From Candidatus Jorgensenbacteria bacterium (lineage in GTDB: Bacteria; Patescibacteriota; Minisyncoccia; UBA6257; GWB1-50-10): a DNA stretch of 60,050 nucleotides. The stretch spans positions 1-60,050 of the forward strand of contig JAZDFV010000006.1 in the NCBI GenBank assembly GCA_043807585.1. The letters run 5' to 3'. Both the position numbers and the translations under genes were made by a program. Below the pieces are notes generated by a model. The model was not told the origin of the DNA. It made no database searches and saw only the letters and a program-made list of their open reading frames with translations. This document shows positions 1 through 8,681 of the stretch, piece after piece. Each line of letters begins with the position of its first letter. The first letter of the stretch is position 1.

Positions 1-72
1 ATACAAGGTTTTGGATGTCGGCGTCCCCGCGGAAGTCCGACTTCCTTTAATTAATCCAGCCCCTGTATCTCC

Positions 73-1092
73 TTAGGCCTCCCGCACGTGGTAGCGGCCG
101 TCGTCCAGCCGTTTGAAGTGCTGTTTGTTCTGAAGACCCAAGAGAATGGTGTTCTCCTTCAAGAACCGCTCGCGGTTCACTAGCTGCACCACCTTCGGCG
201 CCGAAAGGGGCCCGTTTTTCTTCAGGAGCCGCGCAATCACCTCGCGTACCGTGCCAGGCTCATAGCCGTGCTCGCGGAGCCCGTAGATGCCGCGCCCCAC
301 AAGAACGAACCGACCATCCTTAATAAGCTCGTTGTGCACCGTCTGCACGTGTGCGGGCTTCGTGTCTATGCCGTACTTCGCGATGTGCTTTGCAACATCC
401 GCAAAGTGGAGCGGCTTCTCGTGCTTCTTCAACGCCAAGTACGCCTTGTCGCGCACCGTTCTCGGCTCGATCTCCGGCCACTCACGAAGCCCCACGTCGC
501 CGAACACGTTCGCCCCGATGTGCTTCGGAATGGAGAGCATGTGGCACGAAGAGAAATCCCGGCACTCGGCGAAGTGCGCGCGCCCCTCAAGCACGTCACG
601 CCTGTCGCTCTTCATGAAAAACTGCGTCACCCGCTTCACGAAATCTAAGAGTTTCTTTCTGGCTGTTTCGTCCGTATACCAAAACGCGTACATCGTCTCA
701 TCCTCTCGCACGCGGGAGGGAACCCCCGCCACGAGGAGAAGGAAGCGCACTTTTTCTCCCAAATACCGCGAGGGGTCTTGGGGGAAGAACTTATGGATAA
801 GCTCGCGCATAAAATAATCGTCGCGCCGCACGCCTCCCACGCTCTTCAAAAACTTCTCGGCGGCGCCTAGGAACTCCCCTGCCTCGCGCCGAATGGCGGG
901 GCCGAGCTTCTTCACTGTGTAGGCCTCGATTTGCCGCACCCGCTCGCGGGTGATACCGAGCTCATCGCCAACCTCCTGGAGGGTAACGCCCTTCCCGCTC
1001 TTCAGCCCAAAACGCCCCACGACAACCTTGCGCTGCTTGGGATTCAAATCGGCAAAGAGCCGCTCGAGCAATTGATCGATGGACTTATTCAT
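73..1092 (-). CDS. Sigma-70 region 4 HTH + HARE-HTH (RNAP delta-like) domain protein
   Basis: N-terminal RFGL..TLQEVGDELGITRERVRQIE is a sigma70 r4 motif; C-terminal AYLALKKHEKPLHF..TVHNELIKDGRFVLVGRGIYGL resembles a winged HARE-HTH. Confidence 0.7.
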   Translation of the reverse strand: MNKSIDQLLERLFADLNPKQRKVVVGRFGLKSGKGVTLQEVGDELGITRERVRQIEAYTVKKLGPAIRREAGEFLGAAEKFLKSVGGVRRDDYFMRELIHKFFPQDPSRYLGEKVRFLLLVAGVPSRVREDETMYAFWYTDETARKKLLDFVKRVTQFFMKSDRRDVLEGRAHFAECRDFSSCHMLSIPKHIGANVFGDVGLREWPEIEPRTVRDKAYLALKKHEKPLHFADVAKHIAKYGIDTKPAHVQTVHNELIKDGRFVLVGRGIYGLREHGYEPGTVREVIARLLKKNGPLSAPKVVQLVNRERFLKENTILLGLQNKQHFKRLDDGRYHVREA

Positions 1093-1133
1093 GGTGATGT
1101 AAATAGTGTAGCATACTGGCTTTTAGGGTGTCA

Positions 1134-1205
1134 ACCCCGTTAGAAGTAAGCCGCCCCAAGGTGGCTGCCGCCACTGCCTCCGGCAGGGCGGACTTCTAAC
1201 GGGGT
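1134..1205. repeat. Miniature element with 14-bp terminal inverted repeats ACCCCGTTAGAAGT...ACTTCTAACGGGGT
   Basis: Perfect TIRs at 1134-1147 and 1192-1205; the same TIR pair recurs at about 13799-13811 and 13892-13905. Confidence 0.75.
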
Positions 1206-1227
1206 CAACCCCCCTTATCCACAACCG

Positions 1228-2124
1228 CTACTGGGCCGTTTTCCTTCCCCACAGGTAGAGGAGGGGGCTCGCCACGAATATTGAGGAGTAGGTGCCGAAA
1301 ACGGTCCCCACGAGGATGGTGAGCACGAAGTAGAAGAGCGAGGGGGGGCCGACCACGAGAATAGCAATGAGCACAATGATGAGCGTGAGGGAGGTGTTCA
1401 CTGACCGGGCAAATGTTTCCCGAACGCTTTGATTTATGAGATCCCCGAATGAGAACCGCTTCCCCTTCGCGAGGAGGAGATTCTCGCGTATGCGGTCAAA
1501 TACCACGATGGTGTCGTGCACCGAGAACCCCATGACCACGAGGAGCGCCACGATGAAGTTGGTATCGATCTCAATCCCCTTCCATACCCCGAGAACCGCA
1601 AGGAGTCCAGTAGGGATGGCCACGTCGTGGAAGAGGGTGAGAAGCGTCACCAGTCCGTACTTCCACGAAGATACCGGCGCCGCCACTTTCCTGAACGCCC
1701 ACGCGATGTAGAGAGAGATGCACACAAGCACGAGCGCGATAGCCCAGATCGCACGGGTGCGGAGTTCCTCGCCTATGGTGGGACCAATGCTCGCAAAATT
1801 TTTCTCTTCCAGGTCTCCAAACTTTTTCAAGACCTCCGCATACGCGGCGTGCATCGGCTCGTCGATAGTTGGGAGGCGGATGAGGAAGATATCCTCTCCC
1901 TCGCGCTTCACCGAAACTTCGCGCGCGCCCGCTCCCTGCAAGGCCGCCCGCACCGCATCTTCGGTCGGCGCGGTTCCCTTGAAGGACACCTCCCACTGCG
2001 CACCGCCGCGGAGGTCAATGCCTGCGCGGAGCCCTAACACAGCTGCCGCAACAAGGGAAAGGAACACAAGTGCGCCGGAAAAACCCAGGAACCAGTATTT
2101 GTGCTTGATGAGATCAAAACGCAT
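1228..2124 (-). CDS. secF: Protein translocase subunit SecF
   Basis: GIDLRGG, IGPTIGEEL, GFSVHDTIVVFDRIREN, RSVNTSLT and GTYSSIFVASP motifs; follows secD. Confidence 0.96.
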   Translation of the reverse strand: MRFDLIKHKYWFLGFSGALVFLSLVAAAVLGLRAGIDLRGGAQWEVSFKGTAPTEDAVRAALQGAGAREVSVKREGEDIFLIRLPTIDEPMHAAYAEVLKKFGDLEEKNFASIGPTIGEELRTRAIWAIALVLVCISLYIAWAFRKVAAPVSSWKYGLVTLLTLFHDVAIPTGLLAVLGVWKGIEIDTNFIVALLVVMGFSVHDTIVVFDRIRENLLLAKGKRFSFGDLINQSVRETFARSVNTSLTLIIVLIAILVVGPPSLFYFVLTILVGTVFGTYSSIFVASPLLYLWGRKTAQ

Positions 2125-2134
2125 GGTTAGTTAT

Positions 2135-2313
2135 AAATTCTAATATCTAAATTCTAAATAAATCACAAATCACAAATTCCAAGCTCCAAATAAGCTCCAA
2201 ATTCTCCCGCTCCGCGGGATCTCGCGTAGCGAGACAACAAACGGAATTCTAAACCGTTTGGATTTTTGGTCATTGGGATTTATTTGGGATTTGGTATTTG
2301 GAGTTTGGTGCTT
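2135..2313. repeat. Two opposed arrays of degenerate 7-8-mer repeats (AAATCAC/AAGCTCC vs TTTGGGA/TTTGGTA) between secD and secF
   Basis: aaatcacaaatcacaaattccaagctccaaataagctccaaa ... tttgggatttggtatttggagtttgg; the SecD C-terminus (STKLQIPNPK) reads into it. Confidence 0.7.
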
Positions 2314-3569
2314 CCCATAAAAACTCTCAAGAGCGTGCGGGTGACGGTGATGGCCGAGAGCATGCTCATTACGACCCCGAGGAAGAGGGCGAGCGCGAAC
2401 CCCTGCACGAAGCTCGAGGTGCAGTAGTAAAGCACCGCCGATGTGATCATGGTCGAAACGTTGGAATCGCGGATGGAAGTCCATGCCCGCCGAAACCCTT
2501 CCTCGATGGCCACCTTGCGGGCGAGCCCCTTCTTCAGTTCCTCCTTTGTGCGCTCAAAGACAAGAATGTTCGCGTCCACCGCCATGCCGATGGAGAGGAT
2601 GAACCCGGCGATGCCGGAGAGGGTGAGCGTGATGGGAATGATCTTGAAAAGCCCCAGCGTGAGCGAAACGTACATGAGGAGTGCCGCCGCGGCAAAAACC
2701 CCCAAACCGCGGTAGTAAATGAGCATGAAAATGATGACGGCGAGGGTTCCAGCCGCACCGGCGAAAATGGCTTTTTGGAGCGAGTCCTTTCCGAGGTCGG
2801 GGCTCACCGTCTGCTGGTTCACTAGTGTGATGGGGGCCGGGAGCGCGCCCGCGTTGAACCGCTCCACAAGCTGCTTCGCTCGCGCGAGCGTGAACTCGCC
2901 AGTGATGCGCGCGCGTCCGCCGGCAATTTCTGTCTGTACGGTGGGACAGCTGTCGCGGATATTGTCGGGGATGATGGGTGACCCGTCTATGAAGAGGCAG
3001 ATGGGTTTTCCCACGTTCCGCCGCGTGAGGTCCTCAAAAAGCTTCGCGCCCTCATCGTTCAGCGAAAAATCGATCTCGGGGAATCCGGAGGTCTGCCCGC
3101 GCGACACCTGTGCCCCCACCACGTAGCGCCCAGTGAGCGCGGTGGGTATGAACTCCACCGTGCTCGTGGCCTCCCCCGCCGCCACCTCCCGAAACTCGAG
3201 GAAAGGGGTGGCGCCGATCTCCTTGATGGCCTGCCCTACGTCGCGGATGCCCGCAAGTTCCGCCACGAGGCGCTGGGTCTCCCCCGCCGATTCCGCGTAG
3301 ACGCGAGGCTCGGCCACCCCAAACAGGTTCACCCGTTTTTCAATGACGTCGCGGAGCCCCGAGACCACCGAGCTGCGGTCCGCGGCGGCTACATCTTTGA
3401 GATCGATCTCGTAGGTGAGCAGGCTCCCGCCAGCGAGGTCAAGCCCCAAGCTCCAGGGGCGGAACGATGAAATTCGCTGCCAAAGCGGTTCGTACGAGAA
3501 GAGCGCCGCGCCGAGCGAGAGCGCGACGAGGAACACGATGAGCGCGATACGCCTCCCCTTAGATTCCAT
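2280..3569 (-). CDS. secD: Protein translocase subunit SecD
   Basis: LGLDLAGG, RVNLFGVAEP, GALPAP, IGMAVDANILVFER and IRDSNVST motifs. Confidence 0.96.
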   Translation of the reverse strand: MESKGRRIALIVFLVALSLGAALFSYEPLWQRISSFRPWSLGLDLAGGSLLTYEIDLKDVAAADRSSVVSGLRDVIEKRVNLFGVAEPRVYAESAGETQRLVAELAGIRDVGQAIKEIGATPFLEFREVAAGEATSTVEFIPTALTGRYVVGAQVSRGQTSGFPEIDFSLNDEGAKLFEDLTRRNVGKPICLFIDGSPIIPDNIRDSCPTVQTEIAGGRARITGEFTLARAKQLVERFNAGALPAPITLVNQQTVSPDLGKDSLQKAIFAGAAGTLAVIIFMLIYYRGLGVFAAAALLMYVSLTLGLFKIIPITLTLSGIAGFILSIGMAVDANILVFERTKEELKKGLARKVAIEEGFRRAWTSIRDSNVSTMITSAVLYYCTSSFVQGFALALFLGVVMSMLSAITVTRTLLRVFMGSTKLQIPNPK

Positions 3570-3598
3570 TGGAGCTTAGTGTATACTATGCCCATACC

Positions 3599-4042
3599 AT
3601 GCCGCAATCCCAAAGTCCCCTCAAACTGATCATGAGGTTCTTTGACCGGCTCGAAGACAGGATACGCAGCCGATTGAGCCGCCACCCGGTTCCCTACGCC
3701 TTGATCGGCGGCTTCGGCATCGTGCTCTTCTGGCGCGGCGTGTGGCACACCGCAGACATCCTCCAGACAAAGGGTGGGTGGCTCGGTTGGTTATTCTATG
3801 AGCCAATCAACTTGCTTATTGTCATTATCATTCTCCTGATTACTGGTCTCTTCGTTTCCTACTTTATCGGCGATACCATCTTGGTCTCCGGCCTGAAACA
3901 CGAAAAGAAGATCACCGAAAAAACGGAAGAAGAGGTACAGGCGGAAACCAACATCATCATGGAACTCCACCGAGAGATCCACGAGATACGCACCAAGCTG
4001 GAGGAAATAAGCAAACGGATGAACGGCCCCGGAGCGAACTAA
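3599..4042 (+). CDS. Two-TM membrane protein with C-terminal coiled coil
   Basis: YALIGGFGIVLFWRGVWHTAD and a second hydrophobic helix; ATG at 3599 chosen to avoid overlap with the secD start. Confidence 0.8.
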   Translation: MPQSQSPLKLIMRFFDRLEDRIRSRLSRHPVPYALIGGFGIVLFWRGVWHTADILQTKGGWLGWLFYEPINLLIVIIILLITGLFVSYFIGDTILVSGLKHEKKITEKTEEEVQAETNIIMELHREIHEIRTKLEEISKRMNGPGAN

Positions 4043-4077
4043 CCATCCTCGCCGAATCAGCTGGCCTGTGCTCGCCA

Positions 4078-4109
4078 TCTTTGAATTCTTTGAACTCTTT
4101 GAATTCTTT
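4078..4109. repeat. 9-mer tandem repeat TCTTTGAA(T/C) x3.5
   Basis: tctttgaat tctttgaac tctttgaat tcttt. Confidence 0.8.
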
Positions 4110-4130
4110 TATGCTTCCAACGGCACCACG

Positions 4131-4170
4131 TTTCCCCACTTACAAAGCCATGGCTTTGTAAGTGGGGAAA
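4131..4170. repeat. Perfect 40-bp palindrome (GCCATGGC-core family) downstream of the PaaX/Cas2-like gene
   Basis: tttccccacttacaaagcca|tggctttgtaagtggggaaa. Confidence 0.9.
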
Positions 4171-4192
4171 ACAGAGTTCTACCAACTCCTCC

Positions 4193-4768
4193 CTACCGCA
4201 CACCAAAGTGGTGCTTCAGTTTCTCCTCTCCCTCAAAGTGGGTTGCGTACAAAATGAGCAGATACCTTCCAACGCCGAACACCGATGCGATGAAATCGAT
4301 CTCTTTCTCGCAGGGATAGGGCGTGATAAACACGCTTTTCTGGAGCGGGTAAAATCCCAAATCCAAAAGCTTCCGCCGGAGCGCGTCACGCGCCTGTTTG
4401 TGGGAATGAGGAATATCAAACATGATGAGGCGCCATTCCCCATCCCAATGCGGCGGCCGCTTCAGGCACAGGTCGTCCAACCGGTACTTCAGCATCTGCG
4501 TCCTTCCACGTTTGGTGATGGTTACCTCAACGCTCCCGTCACCCAATTCCCTATAGTCCGCCAAATCCCTTTCCTGCAGTTTTTTAAGATCACGGAGAAA
4601 CTTATTCCTCTCAAAACGTTTCTTCCTTAGGTAGGACCTAATTCCAGCTTGTATGAGCTGCGCCCCACCTAAGGGCGAAACGATTGAAACCAGCAACACA
4701 CCGGAACCCCACGCGAGATGCTTGAGAATTTGAAACGGCCTTGAGTTCCTCTTTATCAACTTCGCCAC
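4193..4768 (-). CDS. PaaX-like protein with winged HTH and Cas2/VapD-like ferredoxin-fold domain
   Basis: ITKRG wing; WDGEWRLIMFDIP..RDALRRKLLDLGFYPLQKSVFITPYPC; start uncertain (GTG at 4768 or 4786). Confidence 0.85.
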   Translation of the reverse strand: MAKLIKRNSRPFQILKHLAWGSGVLLVSIVSPLGGAQLIQAGIRSYLRKKRFERNKFLRDLKKLQERDLADYRELGDGSVEVTITKRGRTQMLKYRLDDLCLKRPPHWDGEWRLIMFDIPHSHKQARDALRRKLLDLGFYPLQKSVFITPYPCEKEIDFIASVFGVGRYLLILYATHFEGEEKLKHHFGVR

Positions 4769-4792
4769 CAAGCCATGGTAGCACACATTTTA

Positions 4793-4826
4793 CCCACTTA
4801 CAAAGCCATGGCTTTTTATCTGGGGG
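4793..4826. repeat. Second copy of the GCCATGGC palindrome, upstream of the PaaX/Cas2-like gene
   Basis: cccacttacaaagccatggcttt identical to the 4131 copy over 23 nt. Confidence 0.85.
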
Positions 4827-4837
4827 AACATCTCCTA

Positions 4838-5392
4838 TCACTCACCATGGGGAGAGGAGGAAGAGAAAGGTACCTCCCTCAGCACCTCGTACTCCGCTCC
4901 CCCGCGGAGGAGATGTGATTGCATGAGCACGACCGCATTGGCCTCCATGCGCCACGATAACCGCTCATCCAAATCGTGCCGCGGGAAGGACGAAAAATCC
5001 TCCGACCGGAAGCGGGCAATAGTGAGGTGGAGACGGTAAGGACGGTTTTCCGGAGGAAACCCGAGCACGCGGTGGAGCTCCATGGAGAGCATCACAAGCG
5101 CCTGCGGCGTCTCCCCTTCCGCCCAGATGAGGCGGGGGCGGCGCGGATCGGGCCCGAACCGCACGAGCGAGAACGAGAGCACGAGCGGCTCCCGCAGAAC
5201 ACCGACGGCCTCCCTGAGGTGCGCGAGCACCTCGGGCACACGCGCCGGCTCTTCCTCCCACGGAGGCACGAGCGTCACGTGGAGATTCTTTCCCGAAAGC
5301 CAGCGCACCGGAAGCTCGCGGTGAGCAGAACCCCACGCCAGGATCTCGCCTTGGAGCGCGGGTGGGACGGAAATGGCAACAAAAACTCTCAT
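4838..5392 (-). CDS. thpR: RNA 2',3'-cyclic phosphodiesterase (2H phosphoesterase, LigT family)
   Basis: MRVFVAI start; two HxT motifs (LHVTL, HLTI); C-terminal SHL..GAEYE. Confidence 0.92.
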   Translation of the reverse strand: MRVFVAISVPPALQGEILAWGSAHRELPVRWLSGKNLHVTLVPPWEEEPARVPEVLAHLREAVGVLREPLVLSFSLVRFGPDPRRPRLIWAEGETPQALVMLSMELHRVLGFPPENRPYRLHLTIARFRSEDFSSFPRHDLDERLSWRMEANAVVLMQSHLLRGGAEYEVLREVPFSSSSPHGE

Positions 5393-5494
5393 CGGGGCGA
5401 ACTGTTCTGATCATTGTAGCACACGGAAACCTTGACAGCGGTTGGAAAAAACAGCACAATGCCGAGAGACCATCACATAGAAAAGGAGGATTAT

Positions 5495-5761
5495 ATGCAG
5501 CCGACAAGCGACGAGAAGACTAAGGGACCGCCGTCCGTGAAGTGCGATATCTGCTTTGTGATGTTCCCTCCGGAGCCGGGGTACCGACCCTGCGCGAACT
5601 GCGGGCGCAACTACTGCCCTACCCACCGTGAGACGCGACTCGTGAGCGAGATCACGGAAGAGCTCTTCTGGTGTGTACGATGTGGAGATGCCTACCGTAC
5701 CGGCGGGATGGAGCACGTAAAGAAAGAACAGCTGGTTCCGCTCCGCACGCACGGGAGTTGA
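5495..5761 (+). CDS. Small Cys/His-rich zinc-finger protein
   Basis: AAGGAGG SD before ATG 5495; CDIC..CANCGRNYCPTH..CVRC. Confidence 0.7.
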   Translation: MQPTSDEKTKGPPSVKCDICFVMFPPEPGYRPCANCGRNYCPTHRETRLVSEITEELFWCVRCGDAYRTGGMEHVKKEQLVPLRTHGS

Positions 5762-5837
5762 ACTATTCCAAGCGCCGCCCGGCTATGTCGGGTGGCGCAT
5801 TCTTGTATTCCAATAGCCGATGTGGAATGATCTACAT

Positions 5838-6197
5838 ATGAAGGGTCCCGAGTCCCTCTCGCCCGAAGAGGCAAAGGAATTGAGCGTGGCTCAAGAAACG
5901 AAAAACATCCTGAACGAGCTTGTTGGAATCGCGCATATTTCGGAAGCCGAGGAAGCGGAGAATATTGTGCAGAGGCTCGTGGAGGGGCTCAAGGAACGTC
6001 TTGTGGAGGCAGAATCGAATTACGGCTATAGTGACCGAAACATGGAGGCGCTCGCAGGTAAATTGCAAGAGGATATCACGAATTCCAACGAGTTTTTTCC
6101 GAATGATTTCGGGAAAGGCGAAGCGGTAAAAGAAAAGATGTTGCTGCATCTCGCGGATTACCTGGCTCCCGTGGAAGAACTGCGGGACGCCGCTTAG
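5838..6197 (+). CDS. Acidic hypothetical protein
   Basis: Open frame with protein-like composition, followed by a terminator. Confidence 0.6.
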   Translation: MKGPESLSPEEAKELSVAQETKNILNELVGIAHISEAEEAENIVQRLVEGLKERLVEAESNYGYSDRNMEALAGKLQEDITNSNEFFPNDFGKGEAVKEKMLLHLADYLAPVEELRDAA

Positions 6198-6210
6198 CGA
6201 TCGTTGTCCG

Positions 6211-6233
6211 CCGCCCCGCCGGGGGCGGTTTTT
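6211..6233 (+). terminator. Rho-independent terminator
   Basis: ccgcccc-gccg-ggggcgg-ttttt. Confidence 0.75.
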
Positions 6234-6293
6234 AAAAATTAAAAACCCGGTGGCGACACAGCCCCAAAGGGCAAATGCCCATGGGCCCCAATA

Positions 6294-6323
6294 ATCAATA
6301 ATACGCCATGGCGTATTATTGAT
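6294..6323. repeat. Perfect 30-bp palindrome, GCCATGGC core
   Basis: atcaataatacgcca|tggcgtattattgat. Confidence 0.85.
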
Positions 6324-6472
6324 GTCGTTGTCATTGATGGCGCCGTGAGGTACCCTGCTCCCCCTCTAAACCCTATGGTGCCGCCAGCGAGTTCTGCAGT
6401 GTGGGAACGGCGCAGGAGCGCAAAAAGCGCGGGAAAAACGTGGAAAATCGGAAATATATAGAACCCTTATCT

Positions 6473-6508
6473 TTATATCCCATTGGACGGCCGTCCAATG
6501 GGATATAA
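6473..6508. repeat. Perfect 36-bp palindrome, GGACGGCCGTCC core
   Basis: ttatatcccattggacgg|ccgtccaatgggatataa. Confidence 0.85.
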
Positions 6509-6541
6509 GAAGGGAAGAGGGTGGGAGAAAACAGCGGACCG

Positions 6542-7960
6542 TTACTGAACGGCGTTCTGCGGCGTAGGAACGGCTTGGATTGAAAAAAGGGAAGCGGAGA
6601 CGGGCACCCGCGCGTAGCTCGAACCTTCCGGTATCTCCGACCACGCCGCCTCGTCCACCTTCGCGCCGCCGGCATCGTAGAACATTACCGCGTTCTTGGT
6701 ATAGGCAAGCGCATACGAACTTGATTTCGGCCAAAGCACATCTGCACGCACCGTACCGGCATACCCTCCTTCTCTCGCAAGGAGCAGATAGCCGCCCAGC
6801 GGAATCGTTTTTCCTTCCAAACGGCTCGCGGCAACCAACGTTGACTCGCTACCCGTGGAAGTCCGTTTTTTCACCGTCCAGCCGGTGAGGTCTACCGCGT
6901 GATCGTCCGCGTTATAGAGTTCTACAAACTCGTAGTCGATAGCGCCATCCATGCCAGCCATTACTTCGCTGATTATGATCCGTCCCGTGCCGGACGGAGA
7001 GGTCGGCGCAGGCGGAGGAATAGGCGCTTCGGTGGAAGATGGTGCGGAAACTGGTACGGTGCTCGTGGGAGGCCTCGCCAGCTGTACCGCGGGAGACGGC
7101 GGAGGCGAATTCTCGGCCTTCGGCGTTCCGAAAATTCCGTTCCGCGCGTTCCCCTGGTACGTGTGCCACGAGAGGTCACTCCCCCGCTCCGCGCTCCGAT
7201 AGCCGGGCGCCGCTTCTCCGGCGGGCCACCGCTTCCCGCTCCCAACGTCCGCCTCCACCTTGTCCACGAGGCCACACGTCGCGTCATAGAGTTGGAGCTC
7301 TTCGTCGCTGTTCTTAATGGCATTCGTGAAAAAGGCGTCGGCAGCCACCCCGGGCACCGCAGAGTCGTCCTTACGCTCGAGGAGAAGGTAACCCTTACCC
7401 TCGATTACCGCGCGGCTTCCGAACACCACGCGGATGCCGCCGCTCTTGTTCGTGAGCTGCCAGCCCGCGAGCGGCACGGCGGCGCTCCCGGGGGTCATGA
7501 GCTCTATCCACTCGTGCGTGGTCGCGTCGCTCGCTGTCCCCGCCCACGCGACCTCGTTCAGGAGCACCGCGCGCGAAGGGTTTCCAGCCGACGCGCAGAT
7601 GGGGGCGCTTACGCCCTGCGAACTCGGCTGCGCCGCAGCGCTTCCATCCCCCATGCTTTCCGCAACAGGTGCGGCTCCGCCGCCGCCAGAAGACGAGACT
7701 TCGCGTTCGCCGCCGAGGGGAATTGTCTCGACAAGTTCTCCACCGCCGGAAAACGTTTCTTCGAAAAGCGAAGAAATATTTGCGAGAAACGAGGATGAGC
7801 CGCTATGGGCATACTTCCCGAACGCGTAGGCCCCGCCCAAAAACAAAATCACCGCAAGCGCGGCGATGGCGGGTGCGAGAAAGCGGCGCGACGGTCCTGT
7901 GGAGTCGCCCTCGGGAGTTTCCGACGACTCGGGTATTTCGATGAAACCTTCCTCCACCAC
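6542..7960 (-). CDS. Membrane-anchored protein with two lamin-tail (LTD) domains
   Basis: N-terminal TM; LLNEVAWAG..EWIEL and IISEVMAG..EFVELYN..DLTGW; GTPKAEN and PTPQN ends; Pro/Ser/Thr linker. Confidence 0.85.
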   Translation of the reverse strand: MVEEGFIEIPESSETPEGDSTGPSRRFLAPAIAALAVILFLGGAYAFGKYAHSGSSSFLANISSLFEETFSGGGELVETIPLGGEREVSSSGGGGAAPVAESMGDGSAAAQPSSQGVSAPICASAGNPSRAVLLNEVAWAGTASDATTHEWIELMTPGSAAVPLAGWQLTNKSGGIRVVFGSRAVIEGKGYLLLERKDDSAVPGVAADAFFTNAIKNSDEELQLYDATCGLVDKVEADVGSGKRWPAGEAAPGYRSAERGSDLSWHTYQGNARNGIFGTPKAENSPPPSPAVQLARPPTSTVPVSAPSSTEAPIPPPAPTSPSGTGRIIISEVMAGMDGAIDYEFVELYNADDHAVDLTGWTVKKRTSTGSESTLVAASRLEGKTIPLGGYLLLAREGGYAGTVRADVLWPKSSSYALAYTKNAVMFYDAGGAKVDEAAWSEIPEGSSYARVPVSASLFSIQAVPTPQNAVQ

Positions 7961-8077
7961 AAAATTATACCCGAAAATCGGTGTAGGGATAAAAAAGGAA
8001 ACCGGTCGTCGCAGTGAGTTTATCTCACTGCTCGCGGTTTCCTATATCCTGTCCCGATGAACGAACCCCCTCAGCGC

Positions 8078-8299
8078 TCAACTGAGAAAGTTAACGATCT
8101 CATTGGCGCCCCGGAGTGCCTCGCGCACTTCGAGAGCCTTTTCGCTCATTTCCTCACCCCGACGGCGCTTGCCGAGCGCGCGGAGGTATTGATGCTGGAG
8201 CTGCCGGAGATGTTCGCGGGCAAGGGTCTTTTGCTCGCGGTCAGTCAGGAGATTTTCCACGACCCGTACGTCAGAACTGAGCAACGCTTGAGAAAGCAT
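8078..8299 (-). CDS. 73-aa helical hypothetical protein
   Basis: GGAAGGAG SD 6 nt before ATG; protein-like composition. Confidence 0.6.
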   Translation of the reverse strand: MLSQALLSSDVRVVENLLTDREQKTLAREHLRQLQHQYLRALGKRRRGEEMSEKALEVREALRGANEIVNFLS

Positions 8300-8435
8300 A
8301 AGGAGCTCCTTCCAAAAGGTTCTGTGGTTTATTGTGGATTATGTGAAAGAACTTCTCAGACCGCGCTCGTCCGTGAGCAGGCGGGCTTGCGGTCTGGACT
8401 CTATCCCCACGCGGGCCGGGACATGGTCCAAACCA

Positions 8436-8535
8436 CAAACAAAATCTCCCGGCGGTCCGGGAGCTCCATTGGTGTTGCGTGAAAGGTTCTCGTGAAACTG
8501 TTTCCTACGCCGCACCTCTGTTCTCCCGGACCCCG
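8436..8535 (-). promoter_or_regulatory. Candidate attenuator (terminator/antiterminator) in the leader of the 8078-8299 gene
   Basis: Minus-strand hairpin ctcccgg-accg-ccgggag-attttgttt; its 5' arm can alternatively pair over 10 bp with upstream ggtccgggag (8523-8532). Confidence 0.45.
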
Positions 8536-8681
8536 CCCTTGCGGAGGCTAATGAGCGTAAAGACGCCCGCACCGCGGAGCGCGAGCCGGAGCGACTTCTT
8601 CATATAAACAGCCTGTGAAACCATGGCGTAGCGACCATTATTGCGCTGCGGCGGAAAATGTCAAGCGGGGCGTGAATAGCC

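Noticed and set aside
4131-4826. CRISPR-Cas locus suggested by the Cas2-like domain and repeats
   Set aside because: No cas1 or effector genes and no regularly spaced repeat-spacer array; the repeats are isolated palindromes.
6337-6400. tRNA gene (GGCACCA/GGCGCCA-like ends on the minus strand)
   Set aside because: No GTTCGA T-loop and no cloverleaf could be built.
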